Assembly (NCBI GenBank): GCA_051294375.1
Contig: CM119270.1
Coordinates: 15,047,360 to 15,111,359, forward strand
DNA: 64,000 bases
Source of the DNA: Paraspadella gotoi
Lineage: Eukaryota; Animalia; Chaetognatha
Direction of reading: 5' to 3'
The position numbers and the translations under genes are program-made. This document shows positions 35,857 to 50,057 of this stretch, piece after piece. Numbering within the stretch: the first letter of the stretch is position 1; the number at the start of each line of letters is the position of its first letter. Below the pieces are notes generated by a model that did not search any database, was not told where the DNA came from, and saw only the letters and a list, made by a program, of their open reading frames with translations.

Positions 35857-36266
35857 CTTTAGAGTCGCCATTTGCACACTCCTGTCCACTGTGGAAAGTG
35901 TTAACCGTCACACTGTATTAGCACTTTGAATGGCCATTTGCACACTCCTGTCTACTGTGGAAAGTATTAACCGTCACACTGTATTAGCACTATGAGTCGC
36001 CATTTGCACACTCCTGTCAACTGTGGAAAGTGTTAACCGTCACACTGTATTAGCACTTTGAGTCGTCATTTGCACACTCCTGTCTACTGTGGAAAGTGTT
36101 AACCGTCACACTGAATTAGCAATTTGAGTCGCCATTTGTACACTCATGTTCACTGTGGAAAGTGTTAACCGTCACACTGTATCAGCACTTTAGGTCGCCA
36201 TTTGCACACTCCTGTCCACTGTGGAAAGTGTTAACCGTCACACTGTATTAGCAATATCAGTCGCCT
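35857..36266. repeat. Minisatellite, 6 x 66 bp
   Basis: Unit CCATTTGCACACTCCTGTCCACTGTGGAAAGTGTTAACCGTCACACTGTATTAGCACTTTGAGTCG starts at 35868, 35934, 36000, 36066, 36132 and 36198. Confidence 0.95.
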
Positions 36267-36319
36267 TTAAACAAGGTAAAATGTCATTGATAAAATGCGC
36301 AACATTTTTTTTAACTGTT

Positions 36320-36466
36320 ATGAAATACAAGCAATATAAATTTATCCATTAATTCAATTTTAAAATAAGTTATCTCTCCCCTGACTTCGGACAAGCCATG
36401 GTGGGTTACGCTTTTTCTCTTTCTTACAAAATAATAACATAGCAGGACCCTGCAAACTTTTAATCA
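36320..36466 (-). mobile_element. Degenerate copy of the same dispersed repeat
   Basis: ctgacttcggacaagccatggtgg...acatagcaggaccctgcaaacttttaatca aligns by eye to 32755-32840. Confidence 0.6.
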
Positions 36467-37569
36467 TTAGATATGCTTTAAACACCTTGTGGTTCCTTCA
36501 GCTTGACACACAGGCGCCAAGTAGGTTCCCTTGAGTCAACTTTCCATCCCTCACCCTCTCACTCGAAGTGAATATAGAACTCTCTCTCTCCCTCTCTCTC
36601 ACTGAATAAGGTCGTCCCCCAACGCCAAATCTCACAACGCCCGTCTCCCCATCGGCCCATCCCTCGCCCTGTCCCAATGGACTTTCATCGGCCCCACTTT
36701 TCTCTGAAGGCCAATTCTCAGTGAAAAACAGAAACCGGATTCTCAGTGGATCTCAAACCTCCTCTATTCTCTTTTCTACTCCTCTATCTTTCTTCTCTAT
36801 CTCTTCTCTTTTACTTTTCTTTCACTTTTCTTTTCTTTAAAGATGGATTTAATACCTCCTCTATTCTCTTTTCTACTCCTCTATCTTTCTTCTCTATCTC
36901 TTCTCTTTAACTTTCCTTTAACTTTTCTTTTCTGTTTTTTGACTTTTCATCTCTCCAGATTATCTCCTTTAAACAAAACAATCATCCAATCATCGTTTAA
37001 AACTAGTTTTTCACTTGGTTATCTTTCCTCTTCCTCTTTCTCCCTCCTCATCCTCCTCTTTATCCCAACTATCCCACTTCTCCCCCCCCCTCTTCTCCTC
37101 TGGGAATAAGGCGTCATTTTCCTCGTCTTTTGTTTCTCTCGTGGATGAGATGACAACTCATGATTTTATTCAAATTTCCCCGCGCCTCGCGACCCGCTTT
37201 TCTTGTCAGTCACCATTCTGAAAGAAAAAAAAGTTTATTCTTTTTTTTTATTTCCAGGCCAACTCGTTCTGTTTTGTTTTGTTTTTAAGAAAACAGTCAA
37301 AAAGTGTTTTGATTCCCAGTCGCTCTATACGAATGATGTTTCGCGAAAAAAATCGATTCATCGCTGGGTTTTTTCGCTTTTAGCGAAACTCGATCCAAAG
37401 GATTTTTTTTTTTTGGTTTCGGATTTAAAACCTAAAATTATTCTCTCGTTAATAATCATTGGATCGTGAGTAGTTGACCTTCAACTCGTATTTTCTTCGA
37501 AACGTTTCACGACTTTCACCTCATTCATAATCTCATTCACCGACGCAAGAAACAAATCATCGAGTGAGT

Positions 37570-37960
37570 GATTCATTTCATCCACATGATTCGATCATCT
37601 CATCTAATGATTCGATCATCATCTCAACTAATGGCTGAACCATCATCTCATCTAATGATTCGATCATCTCATCCAATGACTCTATCATCATCTCATCTAA
37701 TGATTCGATGTTATCATTCAATCACTCTACCTTGATCTCATCCAATTACTGAACCATCATCTAATCTAATGACTCAATCGTTATCTCATGTAATGATTTG
37801 ATAATCTTATCCACCGATTTTACCATCATCTTATCCAATGACTCAATCATTTCATCTAATGATTCGATGTTCTCATCCAATCACTATCATTATCTCATCC
37901 AATCACTCAACCATGATCTCATCAAATGACTCTACATCATCTATCAAGATTCTCTTTCAT
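37570..37960. repeat. Degenerate ~21-24 bp tandem repeat (ATCTCATCYAATGATTCGATC-like)
   Basis: Recurring atctcatctaatgattcgatc units. Confidence 0.85.
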
Positions 37961-38431
37961 CTCAGTCTTTAAACTTCTTCCGCTTTTAACTTCATCTTTT
38001 TAAAAAAAAAAAAATTTGGTTCATATAATCTTTGCTTTAATTCCAAAGCTTTTTATTCTTCATATTTGAAATAATTTTTAAAAACCGCGAAAAGATTTAG
38101 TTGTTTTCTTTTGTCCCTCAATTCATGTGCTCAACGGTTGTTCACGTTTTTTCTTCGCATCCCAAGATTTTTTCCTCTTTCATTCTTCCTTTATTTTCCT
38201 TTACTCTTCCCTTTTCATTCTTCTCCTCTTCCTTTCTCCTCCTTTCTTCCTTTCTTCCCTTTTCTACTCGATTCGCGAAGTAGAATTCAATTCTCACCGC
38301 CAGAAAATTCACTAAGAATCGGAACAATTTTTTTTTCTCTCTCTCTCCGTGGATGCATGGATTTTTTTTTCTTTGAATATTATTCATTCTCTCTCTCTTC
38401 ATCTCGCGAAGTCATCTCTCTCTCTCCTCTC

Positions 38432-38501
<70 letters not shown>

Positions 38502-38696
38502 ACTCACTTCGGGGTCGTTCGTTTCAATTTGGAGAATTTCTTAATGATTTTTAATAATTTTAATCGAATTTCTTTTGCGCCGAGTCCTTTCTTTTCTTTC
38601 TTTCTTTCTTTCTTCTCCTTTTATGCGCATAATTTTCGCTCCATAATTTTCTCGGTCCTTAACTACCTCCGGTAGAAGTCGCTTTTGAATGTGGGG

Positions 38697-38735
<39 letters not shown>

Positions 38736-39076
38736 ATTTAAAATGGATGTAATGAAAATAGCGTCAATTCAAATTCCTCGAATTAAAAAGTTTCGACGGA
38801 ATTGAATGAGAAAAATTACTTTTTGACTTCGAGGCAATGTTTTAATGGGCTGTACTCTGAAGGCCTTACACGGTGGAGAAATTTGAATATATAAATACAA
38901 TTTGTTGTAATTGTATATTTACTTTGTCTGTAAAAAAACCGCGCGAGTTTTTTTAAAAGATAGAATGAAAAAAATTATAATAAAATACAGAATGAATGTA
39001 ACCGCCTATTTCAAATTAACTTAGACAAAAAGCAGCGGCAGCTTTGGCTTCGTTCAAGTTTTGATATACTGAGACT

Positions 39077-39119
<43 letters not shown>

Positions 39120-39739
39120 AGAATACCACGACGACGACGACGACTGCGGCGGCACCGAAAACAACATCAAGTCGAAGAATCTGTTTTGACTTGAAGTCAA
39201 TAAAATCAAACCGACTTTGACGGCCCTAATTACGATAACAACAACTACAAATACAACAACAACAACCACAACGATTTTGTTTTCTTTTCAAAAAATATAA
39301 ACAAAAAAAAAAAATCGGGCTTTAAATTATTTACACGTGCGGTCCTTCATAATCTAATTTAATTCGTATTTAGTACAATTCTCTTCAAGCGGAAAAAAAA
39401 TATATCTTTTTCAACCAACCTTTTTACCAAATTGTAAGAAATTTTTTGGGGTTTTTTTAAGACGTGTCACCCATTCGATCATCCACCAAAGATAAAAATC
39501 ATCCTCAACATTTCCATCTCGAAAATGACACCAGCGTTTTTCGCCCTAGAAAGATTTTGTCACGTGATCAACGCCACAGATTTTGTCACGTGATCAACGC
39601 CAAAGGAAAATGATGAATTTTTTTTCATCTTCCATCTTTTGCGTCGCAGCAGCTGAACCAAGAGGCTGAGAGGCTGAGAGGCGATCGGTTCAAATCTTCT
39701 TCCAGACGAGACTGGATTTCATTTCAGGGTATCTGGTTG

Positions 39740-40160
<421 letters not shown>

Positions 40161-40973
40161 TGTGAATCTTTCACTCTTCCATACTCAATAGTCTAACTAG
40201 ATCTAACACGAAAAGTGCACCGAACTCCATAAATGCCATAAATGATTCACCGTTCGCTAACTTGAATCGTTCATCATTCGGAAGATAAAAAATCGTTGGT
40301 CATTCACGAGCCGGAATCGTTCGTCAATGTGAAGCAGATTGGATTAGAATCGATTTGATAAATCGTCCACCGGAAAGTCGCCATCGGCCTGAGATAAAGC
40401 CTCGCTTCGGGATGAGAGATGAGAGAAAAGGAGTGATGAGAGATGATGAGACGGAGACGAGAGACGATGATCGAAATCTGTGAGAGACGAGATGATGGAG
40501 TGAGATTGAGGTGAGCGGTAGAGAGATGAAGAGATGAGAGGAGATTTGTGATGAAGATCTGAGATGAGAGTAGAGAATTTGAGGAGAGCTAGAAATGGAT
40601 TAGAATAAGAAAAGAAAAAAATATAAAATTATTAAAGCAGAGGAAATGAAATACCAAAATTGTATTACGGAGCGAAATGACATTATAATAAAAGATAAGA
40701 AAAAAGAAATAAAAAGAAAGAAAGATAATGAAAGAAAGAAGAGAAAGAAAGAAGGAAAGATTATAGGAAGATCAACCGAGAGAAAGAAAGAAAGAAAGAA
40801 AAAAAAGAAAGAAAAAAAAGAAAGAAAGAAAGAAAAAAGGAAAAAGAAGGAAAGATACGAAGAAGGAAAGAAATAAAAAAAGAAATAAAGAAAGAAAGAA
40901 AGAAAGAAAGAAAAGGTGAAAAAACAAAAAGAAGAAAGAGAAAGAAGGAAAGAAAGAAAGAAAGAAAGAATGA

Positions 40974-41033
<60 letters not shown>

Positions 41034-41187
41034 AAAGGTGAAAAAAGAAAAAGAAGAAAAAGAAAGAAGGAAAGAAAGAAAGTGGTGGAAACAAAGAGAT
41101 AGCGATAATAGAATCTGCCTTCATTTAAAAATTACAAGGGCCTGGTAAAGTAAGAACCCAGAAGTAAAAGAATATTGAGAGGGCGGC

Positions 41188-41228
<41 letters not shown>

Positions 41229-42357
41229 GAGTGAGAGTGAGAACGCGCTGAATGATAAAATAAAATCATTTTCCAGGGGCTAACGATCATGATTTAATTT
41301 TTTATTTAATTTTAATTAATTCTCTCGTTTGAAAGTAAAACGGAAATACCACACGGAGCGAATCGCCCTCTCGATTTCCAGTCCGGCTCGATTTTCACTT
41401 CGAGTCAGCTTAAATGAAAGTTAATATTCTTTTTACTCATAAACAAATCGAAACTTGTGTTATATGAAAAGAATTCATAATAATGTATAAATGTAAAAAA
41501 TTAAATATAACGGCGACGACGACAACGACGACGACGATGGTTGTGAGAAAGGTTTTGAAATCTGACGTTTCTCATACGAAAACAGTTGATGGTTTTATGA
41601 GGTTTTCAAAAATCTTATTTTTTATGGGTTTTTCATGACCAACAACGACCCTGGTTGTTTTTTTTTCGAACCGAGGCAACATGCGAAAAGAATTAAAAAG
41701 AAAGAATAAAGAAAACATAAAAGAAGAAAAAAAACTTAACGAGATCGAATTTTTTTTTTTTTTCGCTGGAAAAGATTAATTTCTCACACAATAATATTCA
41801 TCCATCCTTCCATGCAATCATCCCTTCATTCACCCACTCGGCTTTCACTCGATTCAACTTGTGATCAAAACCATCCCAACGAATCACGCGTCAGAATGTG
41901 AATCTTCTCCGTTCACCTTTTCTCACATTTGGCGGATCAGACTAAAAGGAATGGGATATTTTATCTTTCATATTTTTTTCTCCCAAATATTCTTTTTTAC
42001 CGCTTAATTTTTAGTTGTGGTTTCGTCAAAAAATTTAGTGAGGAAAACTCTTTTCGCTTTTAAAATATTGTGAACTCTAACAACTCTTACAACGCCGAAA
42101 AATCCCTTTTGAAAAATAATTTTAGATTTTCCCTTAAAGGGTAGAACAGATTTAATCATCAGCGTTTTTTGCAAGGCTCCCAGTTCGCAGGGCTGCTACT
42201 GGCTCTCTCTATCTCTCTCTCTCCTTCTCCGGGTGACTCCGTCTCTCTCTGGGTGATTTATGCATTCATATCTTTGCAATTCTTCTGTGCTGACGTCAGA
42301 TTCTCCAATCGTCTCTCCTCTTTTCCACATATGGGAATTTTTTATTTTGTCTAACCC

Positions 42358-42410
<53 letters not shown>

Positions 42411-42431
42411 TCTCTCTCTCTCTCTCTCTCT

Positions 42432-42465
<34 letters not shown>

Positions 42466-44202
42466 TCTACCTGTTGAACGGAGGAAAAATATAATCCAAA
42501 GTGGCAGTAAGAGAGAAAGAAAGATAAAAGGAAAGGAGAAAAAAAAAGAATAAAAGACAGAAAGAAAGAGAGAAAGAGAGAAAGAAATAAAGTCTAAGAC
42601 GGACAGACAGACAGCGGAAAACGTCGAGACGTCCGGAACCAAAAAGATTTGTTTAATGGCGGAGGCAGATGCGGTGGCGGCAGCAGCGGCGGCGGCGGTG
42701 GCGGCGGTGGCGGTGGCGGCGGCGGCGGAGGCGACGGCGGAGGCGGCGGCGTCCATCCTTTGGGGTAATGAGAATCCCAATGTCGGCAGAAGGCAGGGGG
42801 TTGGAGAGCGGCAGTTGATGTTGAAGATGGCATTTAATGTTGATGTTGTAGTTGGAGAGTATATGTAGGAAATGGTTGAGCTGGATGCCTCTTTCTGTCT
42901 TTGCATTTCTTATATACAAAGAAGGTGAGATAAAAATAATAATATTAAATCTGAGGCTAAAATTTATTCATTCAAATGTCGGCATATAGAGGTGCCGTTT
43001 ATTTCTAGCAACTGATGCCATTCGCTCGCATTATTTGCCAGTTGCCACCCGTGCCACATTAAATCTTCCTCGTTGGAATGGGCGGGTCTTGATTCCCCTT
43101 TCGTCATTCCCCGTCTAATTGGCGACATAAAAAATCGCTCAAAGACGACGAAAGCCAATTTCCCAAAAACACAAAGACTTTTTTTGGGGGGGGGGCGAAA
43201 GATGCGTCGGCTGAAAGCTTTGATTTGGTCGGTCGGTCCTTGGTGTCAAAAAAGAAACTTGTCAGTTTGAGTTGATTGTCTTGATTCGTATTGCGTAGAG
43301 TTGACGACGTTATAAGGTTAATAGATTATTATGCGTAAAATATATTGTTTAAGACGATAAGTATATAATAAACTTTCCTTTTTTTTTAACTTAGCGTATA
43401 ACAACTATAACGTATTTATTTATGGCCGCTTAATATAAATTGTTGTGTATCATTGTGAGTGAACGAGTTATTATTTGTGGAACCGTCAGTAGATGTTAAA
43501 ACGTCAGAAAAAGGAAATGTCCGGACGCTACAAAGTGATTGGTTCACGGCTTCGCGCCGATTTAATTCAAAAACATTTGTTTTATAGCTTTGTTTTTGGG
43601 AATCTTCAAACTAGTCATCGGATTCCCCAAACAACTGTTTGTTGACTAAAAATTAAACTATAACAATGATATAATATCCTTTAATAATCCTAATTGAATT
43701 GATTATCGACATTAGGTGTTCACCAGGAAAGATTTTGAAGGAGCAGTCGTCATTAACGAGATTTTAGCAAAAAAAGGCAGCAGTGACAAAATGAATGACT
43801 TTTCGGTTACCCTTTCTGTTCTTTTTAAACTTAGTCCACCTCATAATCAGAAGAAAGTTTGAGTTATAAAGATACGAAAGTATATAACAATCCCGAGACC
43901 CTAAATTTCTAGACGTCAGCGTTTGAAAAAATTTAGGCAGTTACCGTTGTTACTCAAAACGCTGTATGTAAATTGATCAATTTGAAGTAAAATCATTAAA
44001 TATATTTTTGAGAAAGCGTGTGAGTTGCTGAAACATTTTTGACCGATCTTTTGAGTAATTTGTCGTTGAAAAATGAACTGTCGCAATTGCAACAAATCTT
44101 GTGCTCTTTTTGTACAATTCCAGGTTTTCCATCTCGGTTTTGAGTTGGATCCGTTTTTAAGGAGAAAGAGAGAGCGAGAGAGAGAGAGAGAGAGAGAAGA
44201 GA

Positions 44203-44263
<61 letters not shown>

Positions 44264-45046
44264 ATGTTATTTGTCATCGTTTGTCGGAAATTCCGTTCGC
44301 CGATAGGAGTAAAAAAAAAATTTTCTCCCTCGAGGCCAAAAATAATTTCGTTATCTCTTCTTTTTTTTCCGCACGTTTGCAGTTTTACGATGATCCGAAA
44401 AATCATTTAAATAAAATTAGAATTTGTACTGGGATACAAAAGGTATAGACGAGCCCTCTCCCATTTCAAGCTGTTTATTAACGGATCCAAGGAATCGAGG
44501 CCGCCGCCTCCGCTGCCGCCGCCTCCGCTGCCGCTGCGCTTTTCGCTTTTAAACCATCTAGAACAGAAGAAAAAAACATATCGTTGTTTCAGACTGTTAA
44601 CCTTACATACGTTACCAAGTTTGACTTTCTAAAATCGTATTTTTAAGCCCTTTAACCTGACCGGTTTTTAATCAACTCCTCGTTTCTGCTCCTTTCTCTT
44701 TTCCTTTTTTAACTTTACCATTATTTTTATTTCCCTTCGTTCCCTTAATTCCTTTCTCTTCTTCCTTTCTTTCCTTTCCTTTCCTTTCCTTTCCTTTCCT
44801 TTCTTTCCTTTCTATCCTTTCTTTCCTTCCTTTCTCCTTTCCTTTCCTTTCCTTTCCTTTCCTTTCCTTTCCTTTCCTTTCTTTTATTTATTTTCCTTCG
44901 CTACGTTTCCTTTTTTTTCTCTCATCACTAAATGTTTTTCTTCGAACTTTCTATTTTTATCTTCCATTTTCAGATCCTTCATTATTCTATTTTTGATTTC
45001 TCCTCTTACAGATTCCCTTTCACACAATCTATAAAATCTCCTTTTT

Positions 45047-45908
45047 ATCGAAGCCTTGACCGGCGAAGCGGGTCAGGCTCTATTAATGTTTTAGGGTTGC
45101 TTCTTTGTTGACGTCGTCGTCGTCGTCGTCGTGGTCACGCTGTTTTCATATATAAAAACTACTACGCTTTTATAGGTTTGGCTGTGACTTACCGTTTTTT
45201 TTTAAAATAAAAAATTATTATGAATTATGATAAAGTTTTACAAAGTGTGCGATCATAGTAAGTTAAAAATTTAGATATGGCTTTTCATCTTGAAATAGCT
45301 GTTGATATTTTCATTATTACATTTTGATTTAAGTATTTTTTGTTTGAATTTCCACTTCATTATGATTTACTTGCAATATTGCAAATGAGATTATAGTACT
45401 CATTAATAATATCCAAATTAGTATTATAGAAATGCTTTAAGCTAATTTACATTCATTGCCAGTATATAATATTGGGAAAAGATGAAATTCAAAAAAAATT
45501 TTTTTTAAATTTCTAATAAAAAATGGGAACTCAAAGGATTTTTTTAATGAGAAGCTATATCTTAATTTTAATACAAATAAAAATAAAATCTTTTACAAGC
45601 TGCGATGGAAAAAAATTGGAAAAGTTTCCAATTGTAAACCATTGTAAACATTTTTTGCCTTTCTTTTATTTATTTTTTAATTATATATATATTTTTAGGG
45701 CTCCTATTTCTGAATCGTTTAAAAAACGAGTTCAGTTTCTCTCTGTCTCTCTTTGTGTGCGATCTCTTGCGTGATCGTTCGTTTTTTGAAAAATTTGATT
45801 ATTTTTTCTTTTCTAAAAACATATATATTTGATCAGGCGCTGCCTTTTCTGAATCGTTTTATAAAAAACGAGTTCAGGCTCTCTCTCTTCTCTCTCCTCC
45901 TCCTCGTC

Positions 45909-45949
<41 letters not shown>

Positions 45950-46302
45950 TTTTTTTTTTTTTACAAAAAGAAATTATTCACTTTGTTTTACCACCGTTTT
46001 TGAAAAATTCTTATTATTTCTTTCCTTCTAAAAACTTTTATTATCGCCATTTATTCCGCGCTTCTTTTCTCAATACAAAAATCCCGACAATTTACATTTG
46101 AGAATTTTCGTGGATTTTTTGAGAAAATGTGAAGAATAACTAACTTCACACATGGATTTCGTGCGCCGTTGCGCGGAACGAGTAAACAATGTCGAGGAAA
46201 CATGACCTAATAACGCGTTACGTGTATAAAAAAAATCAACTTGACCGGATCACGCCGATATAAACAGAGTGACCTATATTGCGTATCGTTGCGAGAAAAC
46301 TT

Positions 46303-46339
<37 letters not shown>

Positions 46340-47696
46340 TATCTCTCTTCTCTCTTCTCTTTCTCTCTCTCTCTCTCTCTTCTCTCTCTCACTCTCTTTA
46401 TTACAAAAAAAATTATTCTCTTTCTCTCTTTCTATCTTCTTTTTGTACAAAAATAATTTTAGTTCACCTTTTTTTACCTCCGTACTGCGCGACGAGTAAA
46501 CGAGTTCCGGCTCTCTCTATCTCTCTCTCTCTCTCTCTCTTTTTTTTTTTTTAAAAAAAAAAATTTTTTAGTCACTTTTTTTTCACTCTCTCTCTCTCTC
46601 CTCTCTCTTGTCTCTCTCTCTATCTATTACGACCGTTCGTTTTTTGAAAAAATTCTCTTATTATTTTTATTCCTTCTAAAAAAACTTTATTATCGCCATT
46701 ATTTTTTTTCTCTATTAACATAAAATCCCAAATTTACATCCGAGATTTTCATGGATTCCTTAGAAATGTAAAGGAAAAATAACGATGTATACAATGCAGG
46801 CAATGTCACATGTAACATCAGCTTGCATGTGTAACATATAGCTGCCTAAATATTCCGGCAAATTGCGCGGAATTAAATTTAATTACATATATAACTTTCT
46901 AACAAAACATTTTTTTTTTGTTCTTTGTTTATACTGTAACTTTGGACCGGTCGGCCCCACTTTGGCAAATTATATCTAAAATAGGAGTTGGAGAAGGAAT
47001 ATTGTCAAATAAACATTACTTTTTTCGTTATTCTAATAATTTTTACAATTTAAAATTTGTAAATTTTTTTTTAGTGTATATATCTATCATTTTTTATTCT
47101 TTTTTAAAATAATAATATTTGAGTTGGGATAAATTTATAAATTAGTTAAATATGCAATATATGAAAATTGACCTCGGTTGGTTTCTTCTTAAAAAAAAGA
47201 ACAATCTAGAAATTTCATTCAAAGGAAAGGAAAAGAGTTCGTCCCTACGTGCAGATACGTCGAAAAAACGAGTTCAGCTCTGCAGGGCCGGTCCATGCTG
47301 TCATTGATTATACTTTATATAAACGAGAGTGAAAACTGACCAGCCCCCACTCTTTCTCTCTTCTCTCTCTCTCTCTCCTCTCTCTCTCTCCCCTCTCTCT
47401 CTCCTCTCTCTCTCTTTCATTCATACACGCCATTTGTTTGTTTTATTCACGATGAATGACTCATCGCGTCAATGAACTGACTATCATCGCATCAATGAAT
47501 GATTATCATCATATCAATGAATGATTATCATCACATCAATGAATGACTATTCATCGCATCAATCATTTGATTATCACACATCAGTTATTTTATTATCATC
47601 GCATCAATATTGTTATATTCCAATCAATATTTGTTATATCGCATCAATATTTGGTTATATCAAAAGTAGCTCTCGATTCCTTATGCTTTTAAGATA
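45047..47696 (+). mobile_element. DINE-1/Helentron-like non-autonomous element inserted in a T-run
   Basis: Cleanly absent from the duplicate copy (54431 atctcctttttttttcttcc). No TSD, T-flanked, terminal hairpin AGCCTTGACC-GGCGAAGCG-GGTCAGGCT, then a (GTC)n microsatellite and internal degenerate AAACGAGTTC-(CT)n repeats. Confidence 0.7.
47451..47660. repeat. Degenerate ~22-bp tandem repeat inside the Helentron-like insertion
   Basis: Recurring atcatcgcatcaatgaatgatt units. Confidence 0.8.
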
Positions 47697-49836
47697 TTTT
47701 TTTTTCTTCCTTTTTCCCGACCCTAATTCCAAAGCTTCTTCCTCCCAAACTTGCCTTCCTTTCTTTCCCTCCCCTTTTCTCCAACCCTTTCCCCTTAATT
47801 TCTCCCCCTTTTCTCTCCCCTTTTCTTACCCCGCCTTCTTTCGTTCCGGAGCAACGGAAGGTTTTATGAAAAAATAATAATCTCGTGGCGTAACTTTATG
47901 CAATGCTAATTGATTATCGGATTCGGGAGGGAGAAAGACTTGAAGAGTGGAGGAAAGTGGGGGTGGGGGGCGCGGGAGCGTGGGGGCAGAGCTCTTTCGA
48001 GCGCTTCCCTTTTTCTTATTTTTCATCTTTTTTTCTTTTATCTCCTTTTTATTTTACTACCTCTTTCTTTTTTCAGTTTCTTCCTGATTTTTCCTTCTCC
48101 TTCTGTTTACATTTCTTCTTTTCCCTTACTTTTTTTGTTGCCCTCGGTTCTTTTCTTTCTTCTTACTTTTTTTTCTCTCGCAGAACGAGGCTCGTGGCTC
48201 AGAGCGTTTTTTGTCCAGAACTAATTCATTTTAATCGACGTTTTTTCTCTTCTTTGTCCTACGTCGGTCACAACTCCTCTTCTGTTCTTTTTTCTTTTTT
48301 TTTTTCTTTCTTTCCTCCTGTTTCTTGTTAGTCTTTCCCTTTCTGCGATACTGTTTTCCTCCTTTCCAATTTAATGTTTTGTTGATATAATTTTCGCGGG
48401 GCCATTACGTATTACCTTAAATCACCACGCTGTGTATGTTTATTTTCAGCTTAGAGATTAAGACTGAGACTCTAGACTCAGACTTAGATTTAGACTAAGA
48501 CTTAAACCTCAAACAAAATCTTCATTCTTCATCCTTCCTCTTCCGTCCGCTTCGCCTCTTAGGATATCAGCTTCTAATTCAATTATACACGTTTTAAACC
48601 CCGTACCTTATGTCCTCTCGCTCTCCTCCCGTTTTTCACACTCTTTTCCCACTTTTCACAAACTTCTATCCGAGATCTTATATTTTTTTTCTTTTCACTT
48701 ACGCGATTCGATTGTACTTTCAAACTCAAACGAGTCACCATACGTAAGAGGCTTCACTATTTCTCACCTCTCAAAGAGTAACAAAGACTTAGCCCTGTCG
48801 TGTTCATTCCTTTCTCCTCTCAACCTCCTTCCCACCACCTCCCACACTTGTATCAAAACTTAGTCCCCGCACTCTGGGCCAGATTTTTGTTGCGGGAAAT
48901 TATTAGAAAAAAGATTTCCCGCGGAGCACGAGCGGCCTGTTGGCCGGTCGACGGCGACCGCTTAAGATTTTCGACGATAAAGATTTTTTTTTTGAAATTC
49001 AAAACCCAACCAGTTTTTTTTTCCGATGGCTTGGCACTCAGGTTGCCAGTCAAGATCGGTTGTTTTTAAAAGGGATGAGAAAAAGCCATTAAATGTCATA
49101 AACTTTTTGTATTTTATCGAACAATTTGTGTATGTATTTTTATTTATGGGTTAAATTAACCGCAGAAAACTTTTCAGCGGTGAAAATCAAACTTACGATG
49201 ATATTAATAACTTCCATCTGAGAAAAGGATTTCTGGTCTTTTCACGAGCGCCCCGAGCCCCGGCGCGGCGTGTGCGCTTGGGTGAAGAAATATCGGGTGC
49301 GTGGATTTTCTCGACGATTCGACCGGGAGGATTATCGGGTGGCGGTGAAATACTTGAGAAAGAGATGGTCAGAGTTACGGGCGAGGGATGAGTAACATGA
49401 TGACGCAACAGACAGTGTATACAATATATTTTGTTTTAATATACTATAAAATATGTATAATGTATACACATGTTAAAGAGGAAAACCTTTTTATTATTCG
49501 TAGATTCGTATCAATTAAACGATTCAGACTAGATTGAAACAAAAGTATAGGATGTAAAATGCTTGTACTTAAAGCGGTCACAACTTAGATGCTTGGCAAC
49601 AGACTCATTGTGCTCTGCTTCTCCGGTAACTAAGGAAAATATTGAGGAATTCACATTTCCATATAAGATGCATTCATCCTGTATCCATAAGGCCAGATTA
49701 AATCACCCTGTAAGCTGAAGCCCTCTTCTGCGACGTCATCAGTGTGTTATCCTTCTTGTCTGACATTTGTACTCCCCCATTTCTCTTTTTTATTTCCCCA
49801 CACGTCACTCCCGCTCTGTCTCTCTCTTTCTTCTAA

Positions 49837-49911
<75 letters not shown>

Positions 49912-50022
49912 GATTTTCTTTCTCTTTCTCAGATAAAAACATTCGTCTCGCTCCTCCATCGTTTTCGCCCTCTCGTGGGAGTTGGACAAACAAAAACAAA
50001 GACTTTCGAGTCAGATTAGACG

Positions 50023-50057
<35 letters not shown>

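Noticed and set aside
35857-36266. Possible CRISPR array or coding repeat
   Set aside because: Units are contiguous with no unique spacers, there are no cas genes, the context is eukaryotic, and the unit has stops in all frames.
42653-42919. Poly-Ala/Gly/Pro ORFs suggestive of a transcription factor
   Set aside because: A (GGC)n repeat only; no domain or splice support, and the frames are not preserved in the duplicate at 52130-52230.
49200-49400. GC-rich stretch translating to VKKYRVRGFSRRFDREDYRVAVKYLRKRW
   Set aside because: No recognisable family, start codon or splice sites, and the frame ends differ in the duplicate copy.
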